From an uncultured Actinomycetota bacterium (GTDB lineage Bacteria; Actinomycetota; Actinomycetes; Propionibacteriales; Nocardioidaceae), in the NCBI GenBank assembly GCA_963827435.1, contig CAWHAU010000020.1, positions 89,999 to 153,998 on the forward strand: a DNA stretch of 64,000 bases. The letters run 5' to 3'. Below are positions 62,624 to 64,000 of the stretch, in pieces. Within the stretch, counting starts at the first letter, position 1; each line of letters opens with the position of its first letter. The translations under genes were made by a program, and so were the position numbers. The notes below the pieces were generated by a model. The model had not been told where the DNA came from and made no database searches. It was given only the letters and a program-made list of their open reading frames with translations.

Positions 62624-64000
62624 ATGCTTCTCGCGGCGGATGCCCAGCTTCGGCTCGATGCCAACTGGGTCGACTACATCCTGATCGCTCTCTACTTCGT
62701 CTTCGTCCTGGGCATCGGCATCCTCGCCAAACGCTCGGTCTCCAGCAGCATCGACTTCTTCCTCTCGGGCCGGTCGCTGCCGGCGTGGGTGACCGGTCTC
62801 GCGTTCATCTCCGCGAACCTGGGTGCCGTCGAGATCATCGGCATGTCCGCCAACGGCGCGAACTTCGGCATCCCGACCGTGCACTACTTCTGGATCGGCG
62901 CCGTGCCCGCGATGCTGTTCCTCGGCGTCGTGATGATGCCCTTCTACTACGGGTCGAAGGTCCGCTCCGTCCCCGAGTTCATGAACCGCCGCTTCGGGCC
63001 GGCCGCCCACCTCGTCAACGCGCTGAGCTTCGCGCTCGCGCAGCTGCTGATCGCGGGCATCAACCTCTACCTGCTCGCCAGCATCGTGAAGGTGCTGCTC
63101 GGCTGGCCGCTGTGGGTGTCGCTGCTGATCGCCGCGGCCATCGTGCTCACCTACACCGCACTCGGTGGTCTGTCGGCGGCCATCTACAACGAGGTGCTCC
63201 AGTTCTTCGTGATCGTCGCCGCGCTGCTGCCGCTGACCCTGGTCGGGCTGCACAAGGTCGGCGGGTACAGCGGCCTCACGGACCGGATCAGCCAGCTGCC
63301 CGACGGAGCCGACCGGCTGTCGTCCTGGCCGGGCACGAACCTGACCGGCATCGAGAACCCGGTCCTGTCGGTGATCGGCATCGTGTTCGGGCTCGGCTTC
63401 GTGCTGTCCTTCGGCTACTGGACCACGAACTTCGTGGAGGTGCAGCGTGCGATGGCGTCGAGCTCCATCTCGGCCGCGCAGCGGTCGCCGATCATCGGCG
63501 CCTTCCCGAAGATGTTCATCCCGTTCATCGTCATCTTCCCGGGCATGATCGCCGGTGTCCTCGTCGGCGAGCTGGCGAACCCGCCCGAGGGCACGACGCC
63601 CGACTACAACGACGCGATCCTCTACCTGATGCGTGACCTGCTGCCCAACGGCATGCTCGGCGTCGCGATCGCCGGGCTGCTCGCATCGTTCATGGCCGGC
63701 ATGGCGGCCAACATCTCCGCGTTCAACACGGTGTTCAGCTACGACCTGTGGCAGACGTACGTGAAGAAGGACGAGCCGGACGACTACTACACCCGCGTGG
63801 GTCGGCTGGCCACGGTCGCGGCGACCGTGATCGCCGTCGGTACGGCGTTCTTCGCCTCCAACTACTCGAACATCATGGACTACCTGCAGACGCTGTTCGG
63901 GTTCTTCAACGCACCGCTGTTCGCCACGTTCATCCTCGGCATGTTCTGGAAGCGGATGACGCCCACGGCCGGCTGGACGGGCCTGGTGAGCGGCACCCTG
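62624..64000 (+). CDS. Sodium:solute symporter (SSS family, sugar/polyol type), 3' end outside window
   Basis: Manual translation from ATG 62624 (AAGGAG RBS): FFLSGRSLPAWVTGLAFISANLGAVE, YTALGGLSAAIYNEVLQF and YWTTNFVEVQR. Confidence 0.9.
   Translation, partial: MLLAADAQLRLDANWVDYILIALYFVFVLGIGILAKRSVSSSIDFFLSGRSLPAWVTGLAFISANLGAVEIIGMSANGANFGIPTVHYFWIGAVPAMLFLGVVMMPFYYGSKVRSVPEFMNRRFGPAAHLVNALSFALAQLLIAGINLYLLASIVKVLLGWPLWVSLLIAAAIVLTYTALGGLSAAIYNEVLQFFVIVAALLPLTLVGLHKVGGYSGLTDRISQLPDGADRLSSWPGTNLTGIENPVLSVIGIVFGLGFVLSFGYWTTNFVEVQRAMASSSISAAQRSPIIGAFPKMFIPFIVIFPGMIAGVLVGELANPPEGTTPDYNDAILYLMRDLLPNGMLGVAIAGLLASFMAGMAANISAFNTVFSYDLWQTYVKKDEPDDYYTRVGRLATVAATVIAVGTAFFASNYSNIMDYLQTLFGFFNAPLFATFILGMFWKRMTPTAGWTGLVSGTL

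Overview
High-GC actinobacterial chromosome segment; gene content and order suggest a Nocardioides/Marmoricola-like organism (inference). It carries the conserved core block pepN / Rv2466c-like reductase / rpiB / nei / tRNA-Gly / tRNA-Pro / tig / clpP1P2 / clpX / valS / folC / ndk / mreBCD-pbp2-rodA / TIGR03960 radical SAM / rne / rplU / rpmA / obgE / proB / proA / nadD / rsfS / tRNA-Ala, with accessory genes interleaved (M6 and M3 peptidases, secreted PLD-like protein, two SpoIIE phosphatases, TetR plus membrane protein, AlkZ-like glycosylase). About 15 genes, several essential, show small reading-frame breaks, most likely sequencing or assembly indels. No integrase, transposase, prophage or CRISPR-Cas was recognised. 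The most unusual structure lies downstream of tRNA-Ala(GGC): three tandem 128-134 bp units, each with a hairpin, a rearranged tRNA 5' half and a perfect 47-nt tRNA 3' half. A secreted-protein gene follows, then a distant degenerate copy of the tRNA-end/hairpin, so the locus resembles a cassette or att-scar array. Other highlights: several REP-like repeat families (one with covarying stems), a TetR operator pair, ClgR and SigR/SigH boxes, a promoter apparently embedded in the gene upstream of rne, a kinase-fold protein lacking catalytic residues, CtaJ/CtaI-like genes, and frequent leaderless gene architecture.
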